DNA of 36,591 bases from assembly GCA_019247335.1 (NCBI GenBank), contig JAFAPB010000084.1, positions 1 through 36,591 of the forward strand. The letters run 5' to 3'. Position 1 is the first letter of the stretch. Each line of letters begins with the position of its first letter. Source of the DNA: Candidatus Kaiserbacteria bacterium. GTDB taxonomy: Bacteria > Patescibacteriota > Minisyncoccia > Phycocordibacterales > UBA2100. The notes beneath the pieces were generated by a model, which was given only the letters and a program-made list of their open reading frames with translations, was not told the origin of the DNA and did not search any database. Positions 1-9,585 of this stretch are shown piece after piece. Position numbers and translations under genes: made by a program.

Positions 1-1069
1 TTTCCTTCTGCAAAAATTCGCTCATGAGCGAAAGTCCTGCAGCCTCATTGGGTCCGCCGCGCCGAACAAACACTTTAATGTCCGCATCGCGTAATTCCTG
101 TGCGCCCTCGGTGAGCGCATCGATAATTCCGGCAAACGTTTTTTTCACGTCGGTGAAATTTGCGACGCCGCCGGCGATAACAAGCGCTTTTTTCGGGGCC
201 TTCGAGTCGAGGAGGAGCTGCACGATCTCGCGCGCGTATAAATACGTCTCCTCGCGCGACGGCCCGCCGCTGTACTCGCCGTAATTGCCGACGCGGTCGC
301 TCATGCCTTCGAGCGCCGCCTCATCTGCGATCACGATCGATCCCCCACCACCTGAGAGGAGAAAAAAGAGCGCGCCGTCGGGGTTGAGCACCGAGAGCTT
401 GAGCGAGGCCGGAGTCGTCGCCGCGAGCGCCTCGATGCGTTCCTCTGCCGGATGTTTTGCGCGTGTTTTCACCACATTCGCCGCGCTCCACGTGCCGCGC
501 ACGAAAAATTCGCCGGCACTGTCGACAAGCAGCGCGGCATCGAGCAGATACGCCGATCCGTCTTTCACAACAAGCGGGTTGATTTCGAGAAAAGCGAACT
601 GATTTTTCTCGAACGCATCGTAAAGCATTCGAAGAAATTCGCCGGGAAGGCCGGTCGTACGCGCGGTTTCCTCTATATCGGCAGGACTCGTAATCGTATG
701 TTGAGCGACCTTTTCAGGATGCGCCTCGATATCGACGCCACCCTCTGCGGCGTGCAGTAGGCGCAGTCCCTCGCGAACGCGCTCCAGTGAGAGGTACTGC
801 TCTTCCGAAGCTTCATGCGAAAAGTACGGCTCGCCCAAAAATCGGTTAAATCCTCTCGCTTCCCACTCTTTCATCCGTGCAGCGGCAGTCTCGCCATCCA
901 CATCGATCGCGATGAGCCCCTGCTTGAAGCGCTTTTTCACCCCCTGATCGACTTTCACAACCCACTGCCCTTTCGGCAACGCGTCTTTTGAAGAAAGCGC
1001 GATGCCCTGGTAGGCATCGCCGAGAATGAGGCGTTTCGCCTTATATTCGCTCAATTTAACCCGCGCCAT
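1..1069 (-). CDS. ATP-citrate lyase beta subunit / succinyl-CoA-ligase-beta-like ATP-grasp protein (runs off the window edge, absent from ORF track)
   Basis: Manual translation from ATG at 1069: MARVKLSEYKAKRLI..VKVDQGVKKRFKQGL..GGVDIE..FLEINPL..LSGGGGSIVIADE..NYGEYSGGP..IAGGVANFTDVKKTF..VRRGGPN. These are ATP-grasp plus citrate-binding domain motifs of ACL beta chains. Confidence 0.85.
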   Translation of the reverse strand, partial: MARVKLSEYKAKRLILGDAYQGIALSSKDALPKGQWVVKVDQGVKKRFKQGLIAIDVDGETAAARMKEWEARGFNRFLGEPYFSHEASEEQYLSLERVREGLRLLHAAEGGVDIEAHPEKVAQHTITSPADIEETARTTGLPGEFLRMLYDAFEKNQFAFLEINPLVVKDGSAYLLDAALLVDSAGEFFVRGTWSAANVVKTRAKHPAEERIEALAATTPASLKLSVLNPDGALFFLLSGGGGSIVIADEAALEGMSDRVGNYGEYSGGPSREETYLYAREIVQLLLDSKAPKKALVIAGGVANFTDVKKTFAGIIDALTEGAQELRDADIKVFVRRGGPNEAAGLSLMSEFLQKE

Positions 1070-1070
1070 A

Positions 1071-1664
1071 TCAGCTCTTTACGAGCAATATGCGTCCGTT
1101 TTCCGCGCGTCGACCGTAATTGACGAAGCCGAGCTTTTCGGTGAGCGCGAGGACCTGCACATTGTCCTGATTGGTCTGCATCCAGAGGCGCCGCTCGGGA
1201 GCGAGGCGGTGATACGCGTTCCACGCGAAATTGAAAAAGGGCCGCATGAGGCCCTTGCCGCGATGCGGTATGTACGAGCGAAGTGCGGTCGTGTCCCAAT
1301 CGCCCGAGATATCGGTGATCGTCTGTTCGCTATCGGTCGGGACCGGCTTTGGGCCGAACCAGATGAGCGCGGCAAGCTGCTGCGCTCCGTCGACGAGCGC
1401 GAACGGCACTCGCCCCTGCGAGTACCACTCTTCGTATGAATTCAGACCGAATCGCTCGTGGTCGGAGGTCTTCGATTGCAATTCCGTGTCCGACTGGTCG
1501 AGCGCGCGCGCCTTGAGCTGTGCGGCAAGGTCTTCGGTGAGCCCCGCGACGATCGTAAAAAATTCTCCGGTTTTCGCGCGCAGCTTCCCGAGTGCGATCG
1601 AGGCGTATAGGGGGATCGTAAGGTCAGTGAGCTCCGCGAGTGTTTCGACGTCCGGCATTGCCAT
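1071..1664 (-). CDS. GNAT-family N-acetyltransferase
   Basis: C-terminal HRGKGL (R/QxxGxG-like acetyl-CoA motif) and NxxxLxLxEKLGF. Start placed at ATG 1664 (ORF track extends to 1694). Confidence 0.7.
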   Translation of the reverse strand: MAMPDVETLAELTDLTIPLYASIALGKLRAKTGEFFTIVAGLTEDLAAQLKARALDQSDTELQSKTSDHERFGLNSYEEWYSQGRVPFALVDGAQQLAALIWFGPKPVPTDSEQTITDISGDWDTTALRSYIPHRGKGLMRPFFNFAWNAYHRLAPERRLWMQTNQDNVQVLALTEKLGFVNYGRRAENGRILLVKS

Positions 1665-1696
1665 GAGCGTACCGCTAAGGACGGGGCCTTGCAATA

Positions 1697-2272
1697 TTAG
1701 AGCTGCGTCTGCGCGATCGCGCGGTTGATCGAGGCGAGCAGTTTCTCGCGCATCGCTTCCGCTTCCGTGAGGTGCTCGCCGGCGTAGGCGGTGTGAGTGA
1801 AGAGCGCGGTCTCGAGGGCCTCCGCCGAAAGATACCCGAGCGCGTAGAGTACGCGTGCGACGCAGACAATCTCGATCGTCGCGAACGATTCGACATGGTC
1901 GCGCATGAGCGCGTCGTGCGCCTCGGCAAGCGCCGCAAAGAGATATTCGTTCTGCTCCTCCCCGTGCACGAGCCGGACCGTAAGTTCAGCGATGCGTGCG
2001 AACGCGGAAACGCCGAGCGGATCGCGGCCCGCTATATGTACCGCATTCGCTCCCGCCGCGCGCCAGCCGCGGCGCCCTTTGACGAGCGAAACGAACGAGC
2101 GCGTGTAGATCTGGACCGCATAGCGCATTTTTGAGTTTTCCGCGCGTACCGCGCTTCCGCGGGCGCGCAGGAGTCCGAAATCGCGCGTGTAGAAAAGGAG
2201 TGTTCGGTCCGCTTCCCCGCTTTCCTTTGCGCCCAAGACGAGCGCTTCGGTCGTATATTTCTGATACATCAA
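1697..2272 (-). CDS. recO: DNA repair protein RecO (short form)
   Basis: N-terminal OB fold TEALVLG..GEADRTLLFYTRDFGLLRA..S; ends shortly after LYALGY with no Zn finger; overlaps the ileS stop. Confidence 0.85.
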   Translation of the reverse strand: MMYQKYTTEALVLGAKESGEADRTLLFYTRDFGLLRARGSAVRAENSKMRYAVQIYTRSFVSLVKGRRGWRAAGANAVHIAGRDPLGVSAFARIAELTVRLVHGEEQNEYLFAALAEAHDALMRDHVESFATIEIVCVARVLYALGYLSAEALETALFTHTAYAGEHLTEAEAMREKLLASINRAIAQTQL

Positions 2273-5130
2273 TCGAATTGTATCTCGGTATTCGTCGTCT
2301 TCAGAATCTGGGCCGCGTGCTTCTCAAGGATGGCGCGATCCTCCGCGGAGAATGAAGCACGATAGGTGGCCGGCTCGCCCGGCTTCAGATTCTGCGCCTT
2401 ACGATATGCCTGGATCTCGCGGACCGTCTTACGAACGAAACCTTCTTCTTTCAATTCCGGTGTGATGGATGTGTCGAGCGAGAGGCCCGGTGTCGGCGTG
2501 AACGCGACCTCTTTCACATTGACCTCGTCTTTGATGAGTTCGACGTATTCCGCGATACGAGAGACGTTTTCAGAGAGCGCGTCCTGCATGCCGAGCGTGA
2601 GGCGAGGCAACGGTTGGCGCACGTTGATGCCGGCCGTTTCCCGCTCTTTCAGGGCCTGCGACACCACGGCGCGCACCGCGAACATGCGCGTCAAGATATC
2701 GGTCGCGTCGGCAGCAAGCGCCGGGATTTCGGGCCACCGCGAGAGATGTACGCTCTCCTCGTCCTCTGATTCGCGCACCGCCTGGAATAAATATTCAGCG
2801 TAGAACGGCATCGAAGGCGCGGTCACGCGCGAAAGGGTATGCAACACGTATCGCAAAGTAGCCAGCGCAGCCGTCTGATCCGGTCCTTCCTCTTTGAAGC
2901 GATCGCGCGAGCGTCGCAGGTACCAGACCGAGAGATCGTCGATAAAAAGCGGGAGCGCCCGCACCGCATCATCGAGCGCGTACGATTCGAGTCCGTCGGT
3001 CGTCTCCCCGATGAGCGCGGCGATGCGCGCGAGGATCCACTGATCCAGAATATGAGTGCTCGCGAAGCTGCGCGGTGTGCCGTCGGCGTAGAGTTTGTAG
3101 AACTCGAGCACGTTGTTGAGGCGCCCGATATTTTTCTTGAGCGTCTCGTCGACGCCGCTTTCCGAGAAGTTGAGATTTTCCGCTTTCAAAAGCGGCGACG
3201 AGAGCATGTAGAGGCGCAGCGCGTCCGCTCCGTATCGACTGATGACATCCATCGGATCGGGGTAGTTTTGCAATCGCTTCGACATTTTCTTGCCGTCTTC
3301 GGCGAGCACAATGCCGTGCGCGACCACATTTTGAAATGCATTCGTATCAAAGGTCGCGCCGGCAAGCACGTGTAAGTAGTAGAACCAGGCGCGGAATTGA
3401 CCCGTGTATTCGGTAATGAACTGCGCGGGGAAGGTCTTCTCGAACCGCTCTTTGTTCTCGAACGGGTAGTGCACCTGGCCGTACGGCATCGACCCCGAGT
3501 CGAACCAGGTGTCGAGCACGTCCGGTACGCGGTGCATGGTATTGCCGCACTCACACGGCACGGTTACCTCATCGATGATGTGCTTGTGGAGGTCATCGAT
3601 CTTCACGCCGCTCGCTTCTTCGAGCTCCGCGACAGAGCCGAAAACGCGCTGTTTTTTGCACGAATCGCAGACCCACATCGGGATCACGCTCGCCCAGAAT
3701 CGCTGGCGGCTGATGGACCAGTCGCGCGCTCCCTCGAGCCATTTTCCGAACAGTCCTTCCTTTATATGCGAAGGCGACCAATGCACATTTTGCGCGGTGC
3801 GCATGAGCTCGTCCTTGAGCTTCGTGACCGAAACGAACCAGGAACTGGTCGCATAATTAAGGAGTGGCGTGTCGCAACGCCAACAATGCGGATACGAGTG
3901 CGTAATATTCTCTTTCGCAAAAAACAGTCCGTGATCCTGTAAATATTTCAAAACGGCGATGTCGGTGGCAAGACGTACCTTATCTTCAGCATTCGGCTTT
4001 ACTTCCATGCCGGCAAAGTCCGTCACCTCCGGCTTCATCGTTCCGTCGAAATTAACGTGCTGCACGAACGGCAGATTATTTTCTTTCAAAAGCTCCCAGT
4101 CATCGGCGCCGAATGCTGGGGCTTCCTGCGCGATGCCCGTACCATCTTCCGCAGTAACAAAGTCAGCCGCATACACTTTCCAGCCGTTCTCACGATTCTT
4201 CAGATTCTGGTCCTTGGCGTAATAGTCGAACAGCGGCTCATATTCAATACCAACAAGTTTTTCGCCACTTATATAAGTCATCCCCGAACCGGTACCGCGT
4301 ATAACATTCGGTACCCGATTAAAAGCAAGGACGATATTTTTTGGTCGCTCATTATCTTCCGATTTGAAGTCTTTAACGAGGACGTATTGAATATTCTTAC
4401 CGACTGCTAAAGCAACGTTACCGGGCAGTGTCCATGGAGTAGTGGTCCACGCAAGAAGATAGGTATTTTCTGGCAAGCCATGTTTCCCCGGATTTTTAAC
4501 TTTAAATTGTACTGTTACGGCGATATCTTTGATGTCTTTGTAGCCCTCACTCACCTCCTGCTGGGAAAGTGTCGTCTCGCAGCGCGTGCAGATGTGCATC
4601 GAGCGGTAATCCTCGTAGACGAGCCCTTTGTCGTAGATCGTCTTGAAGACCCACCACACGCTCTCCATGTAGGGCTTATCCATCGTTCGATACGCGTGCT
4701 CCATATCGACCCAGCGCCCGGTGCGCGGGATGATCTTTTCCCACTCGTGCGCGTAGGTCATCACCTGCGCGCGGCATGCTTCGTTGAATTTTGCGATGCC
4801 GAAATTCTTGATGTCTTTCTTGTGCTTGAAGCCGAGCTGCTTCTCGACGATGTTCTCGATCGGGAGACCGTGACAGTCCCATCCCCAAACGCGAGGCACG
4901 CTGTATCCGCGCATCGTCTTGTAGCGCGGTATCACATCCTTGATGAGTCCCGTCACGATGTGTCCATAGTGCGGCAGTCCCGTGGCGAACGGTGGCCCAT
5001 CATAAAAAGCGTACTCACCGTTGGGCGCGTCCTGGGCAACCGATTTTTCGAAAATTTTGTTCTCGTTCCAAAAGGCGAGAATTGTTTCCTCGCGCTTGGC
5101 GACGTCCGATTTTTGCGGTGTTTCAGCCAT
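2269..5130 (-). CDS. ileS: Isoleucyl-tRNA synthetase, type 2 (eukaryote/archaea-like)
   Basis: DGPPFATGLPHYGH (HIGH), GWDCHGLP, WTTTPWTLPGN, DWSISRQRFW, WFDSGSMP, KMSKR; C-terminus has no Zn finger. Confidence 0.97.
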   Translation of the reverse strand: MAETPQKSDVAKREETILAFWNENKIFEKSVAQDAPNGEYAFYDGPPFATGLPHYGHIVTGLIKDVIPRYKTMRGYSVPRVWGWDCHGLPIENIVEKQLGFKHKKDIKNFGIAKFNEACRAQVMTYAHEWEKIIPRTGRWVDMEHAYRTMDKPYMESVWWVFKTIYDKGLVYEDYRSMHICTRCETTLSQQEVSEGYKDIKDIAVTVQFKVKNPGKHGLPENTYLLAWTTTPWTLPGNVALAVGKNIQYVLVKDFKSEDNERPKNIVLAFNRVPNVIRGTGSGMTYISGEKLVGIEYEPLFDYYAKDQNLKNRENGWKVYAADFVTAEDGTGIAQEAPAFGADDWELLKENNLPFVQHVNFDGTMKPEVTDFAGMEVKPNAEDKVRLATDIAVLKYLQDHGLFFAKENITHSYPHCWRCDTPLLNYATSSWFVSVTKLKDELMRTAQNVHWSPSHIKEGLFGKWLEGARDWSISRQRFWASVIPMWVCDSCKKQRVFGSVAELEEASGVKIDDLHKHIIDEVTVPCECGNTMHRVPDVLDTWFDSGSMPYGQVHYPFENKERFEKTFPAQFITEYTGQFRAWFYYLHVLAGATFDTNAFQNVVAHGIVLAEDGKKMSKRLQNYPDPMDVISRYGADALRLYMLSSPLLKAENLNFSESGVDETLKKNIGRLNNVLEFYKLYADGTPRSFASTHILDQWILARIAALIGETTDGLESYALDDAVRALPLFIDDLSVWYLRRSRDRFKEEGPDQTAALATLRYVLHTLSRVTAPSMPFYAEYLFQAVRESEDEESVHLSRWPEIPALAADATDILTRMFAVRAVVSQALKERETAGINVRQPLPRLTLGMQDALSENVSRIAEYVELIKDEVNVKEVAFTPTPGLSLDTSITPELKEEGFVRKTVREIQAYRKAQNLKPGEPATYRASFSAEDRAILEKHAAQILKTTNTEIQFD

Positions 5131-5162
5131 ATTTTTGCTTATCGTAACAAAGAGGTTTCCGA

Positions 5163-5639
5163 TTAGCGACTCAGAAGCGCGCGAATCTGACCGATGAGTT
5201 TTTTATTATCTCCATCAAAATGTATCGCCTTCATGCCCGCATCCGTTGCTGCTGAGAGATTATCATCTTGGTCGTCAATATAAACTATATCTGGTGGTGC
5301 AGCGCCTATCTTTTCTGAAACGAGGATATAGGCGTTAGCTGTTTTTTTATCTACCCCAAGTTCATTTGCTGAGAAAATATGGTCAAACGTTTCTTCGAGA
5401 ACAGGTCGAACATGGGGATGATTCTGGATTATGTCCGTTGTAAAAATACTTACAGGATATATTCCTTTAAGAGAGCGGTAAAAATTGAGAAGTTCAGTGT
5501 TGAATTCGAAATAATTCAATATCTCGTACTCACCTCCGTACTCGGCATGCAATTTCTTATGTAGCGCGTTTAACCCGCCGGTGTAATTCGGGTCCTTTGG
5601 ATAAAAAAGTGTGCGCGAAAAGTCGGAAAGTACCATCAT
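5163..5639 (-). CDS. HAD-superfamily hydrolase (visibly AT-rich gene)
   Basis: Motif I variant SDFSRTL, motif IV YIDDQDDNL..A..AGM. Confidence 0.75.
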   Translation of the reverse strand: MMVLSDFSRTLFYPKDPNYTGGLNALHKKLHAEYGGEYEILNYFEFNTELLNFYRSLKGIYPVSIFTTDIIQNHPHVRPVLEETFDHIFSANELGVDKKTANAYILVSEKIGAAPPDIVYIDDQDDNLSAATDAGMKAIHFDGDNKKLIGQIRALLSR

Positions 5640-5641
5640 AC

Positions 5642-7285
5642 TTACATCTGCTGCGGCGCGGGAATGCCGAGCGTCCAGAGACCCTTTTCCAGGGTCGCGC
5701 GTACCGCATCGACGATCGCCAGCTTATGTGGCGCCTCGCTCGAACCGTCCAAAATATGCACCTGTGCGTACCAGGAGTTGAAAGCGGAGGCGAGTTCGAT
5801 CAAATGATTGACCAAAAGGTGCGGCTCGAGCTTTTCCGCCGCATACGCGAGAGCATCCGGGAAGCGATGCAAGGTGCGCACGAGATCGGTCGCCTCTGCG
5901 TTCGGGTCGAGCTTCGCTTCAATGCCTTCGCTCCGGGCCCGCTCCATCACACCAGCCGCGCGCGCATGTGCATACTGCAAATACGGCCCCGAATCACCCT
6001 CGAGCGAGAGCGCGCGCTCGCGATCGAAGATGATGTCCTTGCCGGCCCCCTGTTTCAAAATCTGATATTTGATCGCGGCGACCGCGATACTCTGCGCGAG
6101 CCCTTCCGGATCGGCGGCGCGGCTTTCGCGCGCCCGCGCCTGCGCCGCTTCGGTGAGATCTTCGATAAGCGATTCGCCGGTGATCACATTTCCCTTGCGC
6201 GACGACATCTTCCCTTCCGCAAAGCGCATCATGCCGTGTGCGACGTGCGTCGTTTTCTCCGCGACCTTCGGCATGACGAATTCCATTGCCTTAAGAACGA
6301 CTTTGAAATAGTCGCTCTGCTCGCTCGCGGTCACGATGATCGATTCATTGAGATCCGGCACTTTTTCGAATTTCGCGCGATTGAGACCGAGTTCCTTCGC
6401 CTCATATGTGGGTAATCCTTTTGAAGTGAGAAAGACGCGCGTGTGCAGGCCGTACTTTTCGCCCGGGAAGATAACAGCGCCATCGCTCTCGGCAAAAACG
6501 CCTTTTTCTAAAAACTCACGAACGATCTTCGGCCCCTCCATGCCTTCGATGCCCTCGAAGAAATAAAAGTCGAACTTCGTGCCGAGAATCTTATAGATGG
6601 CTTCGAAATGCTCGAGCGACTCCCGCCGCCCGCGTTCGTACAATTCGTTGATAGCGGGATCGGTATGGTCGTATACCTGTTTATTGATGGTATCGATCGC
6701 TTCTTTATGCGCCTCATAGTGTTCGGATCCGTAGGTATACGCCGCGCCCCACGAGAGTTCGGGTTGCTGCATTTTGCCCCAGATCGCTTTGGCGACGTGC
6801 TGTCCTACGTCCCCTTGCCAGTTGGCGCGCACGACGCGCGCGCCACTCATTTCAATAAGGCGGGCTACGGATTCACCGATCGCGTTCGACATTAAATGTC
6901 CGATGTGGAATTCCTTGAAGGGATTCGGGTCGGTGTACTCGACCATGACCTTCTTGCCGTCTAGCGATGCGTTCTTTCCCCATGCTTCGCTCTCACGCGC
7001 GCGGTCGATCGCTTTCGCGAACGCAGCCTTGGCCAAAAAGAAATTGATGAACCCCGGTCCCGCTATCTCAACTTTTTCGACGCCTTCGATCGGGCCCACT
7101 TCGGCAACGAGCTTCTCGGCGAGCGCGCGGGGATTCGTGCCGGCAGCTTTCGCATAGCGAAGCGCCGTGCCGGTTGCATAATCGCCGTTCTTGAGCTCGG
7201 CAGGATGCTCCAGTTCGACGACCGCATCGGAAACGCCGACACGCTCAAGAGCGCGGCGCAAAGCCTCAGCGATCGTCGCTTTCAT
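5642..7285 (-). CDS. argS: Arginyl-tRNA synthetase
   Basis: GDYAT, AGPGFINF, VEYTDPNPFKEFHIGH, KMSSRKGN, GDSGPYLQYAHAR. Start set at ATG 7285 (MKATIAEAL), preceded by TACAAT-N6. Confidence 0.97.
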   Translation of the reverse strand: MKATIAEALRRALERVGVSDAVVELEHPAELKNGDYATGTALRYAKAAGTNPRALAEKLVAEVGPIEGVEKVEIAGPGFINFFLAKAAFAKAIDRARESEAWGKNASLDGKKVMVEYTDPNPFKEFHIGHLMSNAIGESVARLIEMSGARVVRANWQGDVGQHVAKAIWGKMQQPELSWGAAYTYGSEHYEAHKEAIDTINKQVYDHTDPAINELYERGRRESLEHFEAIYKILGTKFDFYFFEGIEGMEGPKIVREFLEKGVFAESDGAVIFPGEKYGLHTRVFLTSKGLPTYEAKELGLNRAKFEKVPDLNESIIVTASEQSDYFKVVLKAMEFVMPKVAEKTTHVAHGMMRFAEGKMSSRKGNVITGESLIEDLTEAAQARARESRAADPEGLAQSIAVAAIKYQILKQGAGKDIIFDRERALSLEGDSGPYLQYAHARAAGVMERARSEGIEAKLDPNAEATDLVRTLHRFPDALAYAAEKLEPHLLVNHLIELASAFNSWYAQVHILDGSSEAPHKLAIVDAVRATLEKGLWTLGIPAPQQM

Positions 7286-7301
7286 ACAGGGATTGTACCG
7301 C

Positions 7302-7952
7302 CTAGCGCAGTTTTTTCGACACTTCGCGCCAGATGCGCTCATGGATCTCGCGCGGTGAAAGCAGTCGCCCCTTTTCGACGCAGGGAACACGTTTCCAGCC
7401 GGGACGTTTGGCAAGCTGCTCATAGAGCCGCGCCACCTCTTTTTGAAACGCGCGGTCGCGCTCGTTCTGATCTTTTTTCTTCCCCTCTTTGCTTAAAAGC
7501 CGCTGCGCGGCTGTCGTCGGCAGCGAGAGATAGAGGACGAGATCTGGCTTCGGCACGCCGAGCTGTTTGTATTCGAGATCTTCGAAAAATTTCTGGAACT
7601 TCGCTCGCTCGCTCGGTTTGCATTTGGCGGCGCCGAACGCGAGCGCGCTCGTCGTGTAGCGATCGCAAATGACGGGACCCTTCTTGAGCGCTTGCTGCAG
7701 CTGCGGGAGCGCGACCGCGCGATCGAGCGCGTACGGTATCGACGTAAGGTATGCGTCGAGATTTCGAAAATCACCGTGCTTTCCTTGCAGGCTCTCGCGA
7801 ATAATATTGCCGACCGGTGTGCCGTAGCGGGGGAAGCTAAAAACACTCGCCGCGCGGCCTTCTTTTTTGAGCCGCGCGGAAAGTAGCTTTACTTGCGTCG
7901 CCTTGCCGGCGCCGTCGATGCCTTCGAGGACGATGAGAGGATTACGCCGCAT
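7302..7952 (-). CDS. tmk: Thymidylate kinase
   Basis: [13 protein letters not shown]-loop, FPRY, ICDRY, PDLVLYL. Confidence 0.9.
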   Translation of the reverse strand: MRRNPLIVLEGIDGAGKATQVKLLSARLKKEGRAASVFSFPRYGTPVGNIIRESLQGKHGDFRNLDAYLTSIPYALDRAVALPQLQQALKKGPVICDRYTTSALAFGAAKCKPSERAKFQKFFEDLEYKQLGVPKPDLVLYLSLPTTAAQRLLSKEGKKKDQNERDRAFQKEVARLYEQLAKRPGWKRVPCVEKGRLLSPREIHERIWREVSKKLR

Positions 7953-8361
7953 CGATACCCATACTGCGCGCGGTGCCCGCGATGATCTTCTTCGCCTGTT
8001 CGAGATCGGAGGCGTTCAGATCTTCCATCTTCTCTTTCGCGATGTCTTCGAGCTGCTGCTTCGAGAGCTTGCCGACTTTATTCTGCGGCTTATGCGAGCC
8101 CTTCTCGAGATTGAGCGCTTTCAAAATCAGGCGCGAGGCCGGCGGCTTTTTGACGATGAAGGAGAACGTGCGGTCCTTGTAGACGGTGAGGACGACCGGA
8201 ACGATCTGACCCATCATCGGGCGCGTCTGCTGGTTGAATTGATTGACGAATTCGCCGATATTCACGCCCGCCGGGCCGAGCGCCGTGCCGACCGGCGGCG
8301 CGGGCGTCGCGGCGCCCGCCGCGATCTGGAGCTTGATCATTTTTGTGATTTCTTTTGCCAT
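7942..8361 (-). CDS. rplK: 50S ribosomal protein L11
   Basis: [20 protein letters not shown]...[10 protein letters not shown]. Confidence 0.98.
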   Translation of the reverse strand: MAKEITKMIKLQIAAGAATPAPPVGTALGPAGVNIGEFVNQFNQQTRPMMGQIVPVVLTVYKDRTFSFIVKKPPASRLILKALNLEKGSHKPQNKVGKLSKQQLEDIAKEKMEDLNASDLEQAKKIIAGTARSMGIDAA

Positions 8362-8368
8362 AGGAATT

Positions 8369-8914
8369 TTATACGCGCTGCACCTGATCGGCTTCGAGCT
8401 CGACCGGCGTTTCGCGTCCGAACATCGGAACTAAGACTTTAACCTTTCCGCGCTCTTCGTCAATCTCTCCCACCTTGCCTTCGAGATCCTTAAACGGGCC
8501 GTCGATGATAATAACCGCATCGCCGGGCGCGAGATCGATCGCGTGGCGCACCGTGTCCCCTTCCGAGCGGCGGAGGATCTTTTCGACTTCCTCGGGAGAG
8601 AGCGGGACGGCCTGATTCGCCGTGCCGACGAAACCGGTCACCTGCGGCGTGTTGCGCACGACCGACCACGCATCGTCGGTCGCGATCATATCGACGAGCA
8701 CGTAGCCCGGAAATATCTTTTCTTTCGTCTCGGTGCGGCGCCCGTTCTTGATCTTGATCTTCTTCTCGGTCGGCACGACGACGTTAAAGATCTGCTCGCC
8801 CATGCCGAAAGACTCGATGCGCTGCTTCAGATTGCGCGCGACCGCGTCCTCATAACCTGAATAGGTGTGCACCGCATACCACTGCCTTTCCTGTCCGTAC
8901 GTCTGTTTCGCCAT
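8369..8914 (-). CDS. nusG: Transcription termination/antitermination factor NusG
   Basis: [46 protein letters not shown]. Start at ATG 8914. Confidence 0.97.
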   Translation of the reverse strand: MAKQTYGQERQWYAVHTYSGYEDAVARNLKQRIESFGMGEQIFNVVVPTEKKIKIKNGRRTETKEKIFPGYVLVDMIATDDAWSVVRNTPQVTGFVGTANQAVPLSPEEVEKILRRSEGDTVRHAIDLAPGDAVIIIDGPFKDLEGKVGEIDEERGKVKVLVPMFGRETPVELEADQVQRV

Positions 8915-8915
8915 A

Positions 8916-9188
8916 TTAGATCTTGAAGTTAACCGGCGTTGAGCTGCCGTTCTGCGGTGCGGTCGTCGTTGCCTGCGTCTGTGTCTGCGTCGGAGCGCTC
9001 GGAAGGACGCCGAGCGTCTTTGAGAGCGCGCTCGTGAATACGTAATCGAAAAGGCCCAGGTAGAGCGCGACGCCGACAGAAATGGCCGCGACGAGAATCG
9101 TATAAACGATCGTCTGCGTGCGGGTCGGCCAGGCGACATGCCGGAGTTCACCACGCGTTTCTTTCAAATATTGCCCGAATCCAGCCAT
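8916..9188 (-). CDS. secE: Preprotein translocase SecE (with T/Q-rich C-terminal tail)
   Basis: ELRHVAWPT plus one TM segment; canonical position upstream of nusG. Confidence 0.93.
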   Translation of the reverse strand: MAGFGQYLKETRGELRHVAWPTRTQTIVYTILVAAISVGVALYLGLFDYVFTSALSKTLGVLPSAPTQTQTQATTTAPQNGSSTPVNFKI

Positions 9189-9278
9189 ATTCTTGATATT
9201 TAAGCTGCCATTTTAAAAACGCCTTCCGGCGTTTCAATGAGGGCATTGTACCGCCTGGGAGCCCTCCGTCAAGCCTCT

Positions 9279-9572
9279 CTAGGAGAGGCTTGAGAGGAAT
9301 TTGATGAGCGCTTTTGCCTCTTTTCCGGAGGCAATGCGATAGCACATGAGGCGCCCGAGCTTCTTCGACGAGACGATGTTCGCCTCGCTTAAAAGACCCA
9401 GCTGATGACTGACCGCGGAATGCGTCATGTTCAAGTTCTTTGCGATGTCCTGCACCGATAATTCCTTTTTCTTCATGAGCGTCGTCAAGATGCGAACGCG
9501 CGTCGCGCTTGAGACAAGTCCGAATAGCTGCGCTGCGTGTTCCGCGCGCGCTTTGTGCGCTTTTGAGATCAT
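9279..9572 (-). CDS. ArsR/SmtB-family HTH transcriptional regulator
   Basis: TRVRIL..L..ELSVQDIA..LNMTHSAVSHQLGLL..G..CYRI. Confidence 0.9.
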   Translation of the reverse strand: MISKAHKARAEHAAQLFGLVSSATRVRILTTLMKKKELSVQDIAKNLNMTHSAVSHQLGLLSEANIVSSKKLGRLMCYRIASGKEAKALIKFLSSLS

Positions 9573-9585
9573 ACGAGCGCCTATC

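Noticed and set aside
24-1439. Plus-strand ORFs at 24-284, 285-602, 452-760 and 1026-1439
   Set aside because: Antisense shadows of the ACL-like and GNAT genes. High GC produces many such ORFs across the window, and none shows family motifs.
7286-7423. N-terminal extensions in the ORF track (argS here; likewise nusG, DUF2914-like, RibL-like, riboflavin kinase, GHKL, dcm)
   Set aside because: They overlap upstream genes and lack homology-like sequence; downstream ATGs fit ATGA coupling or -10 spacing better.
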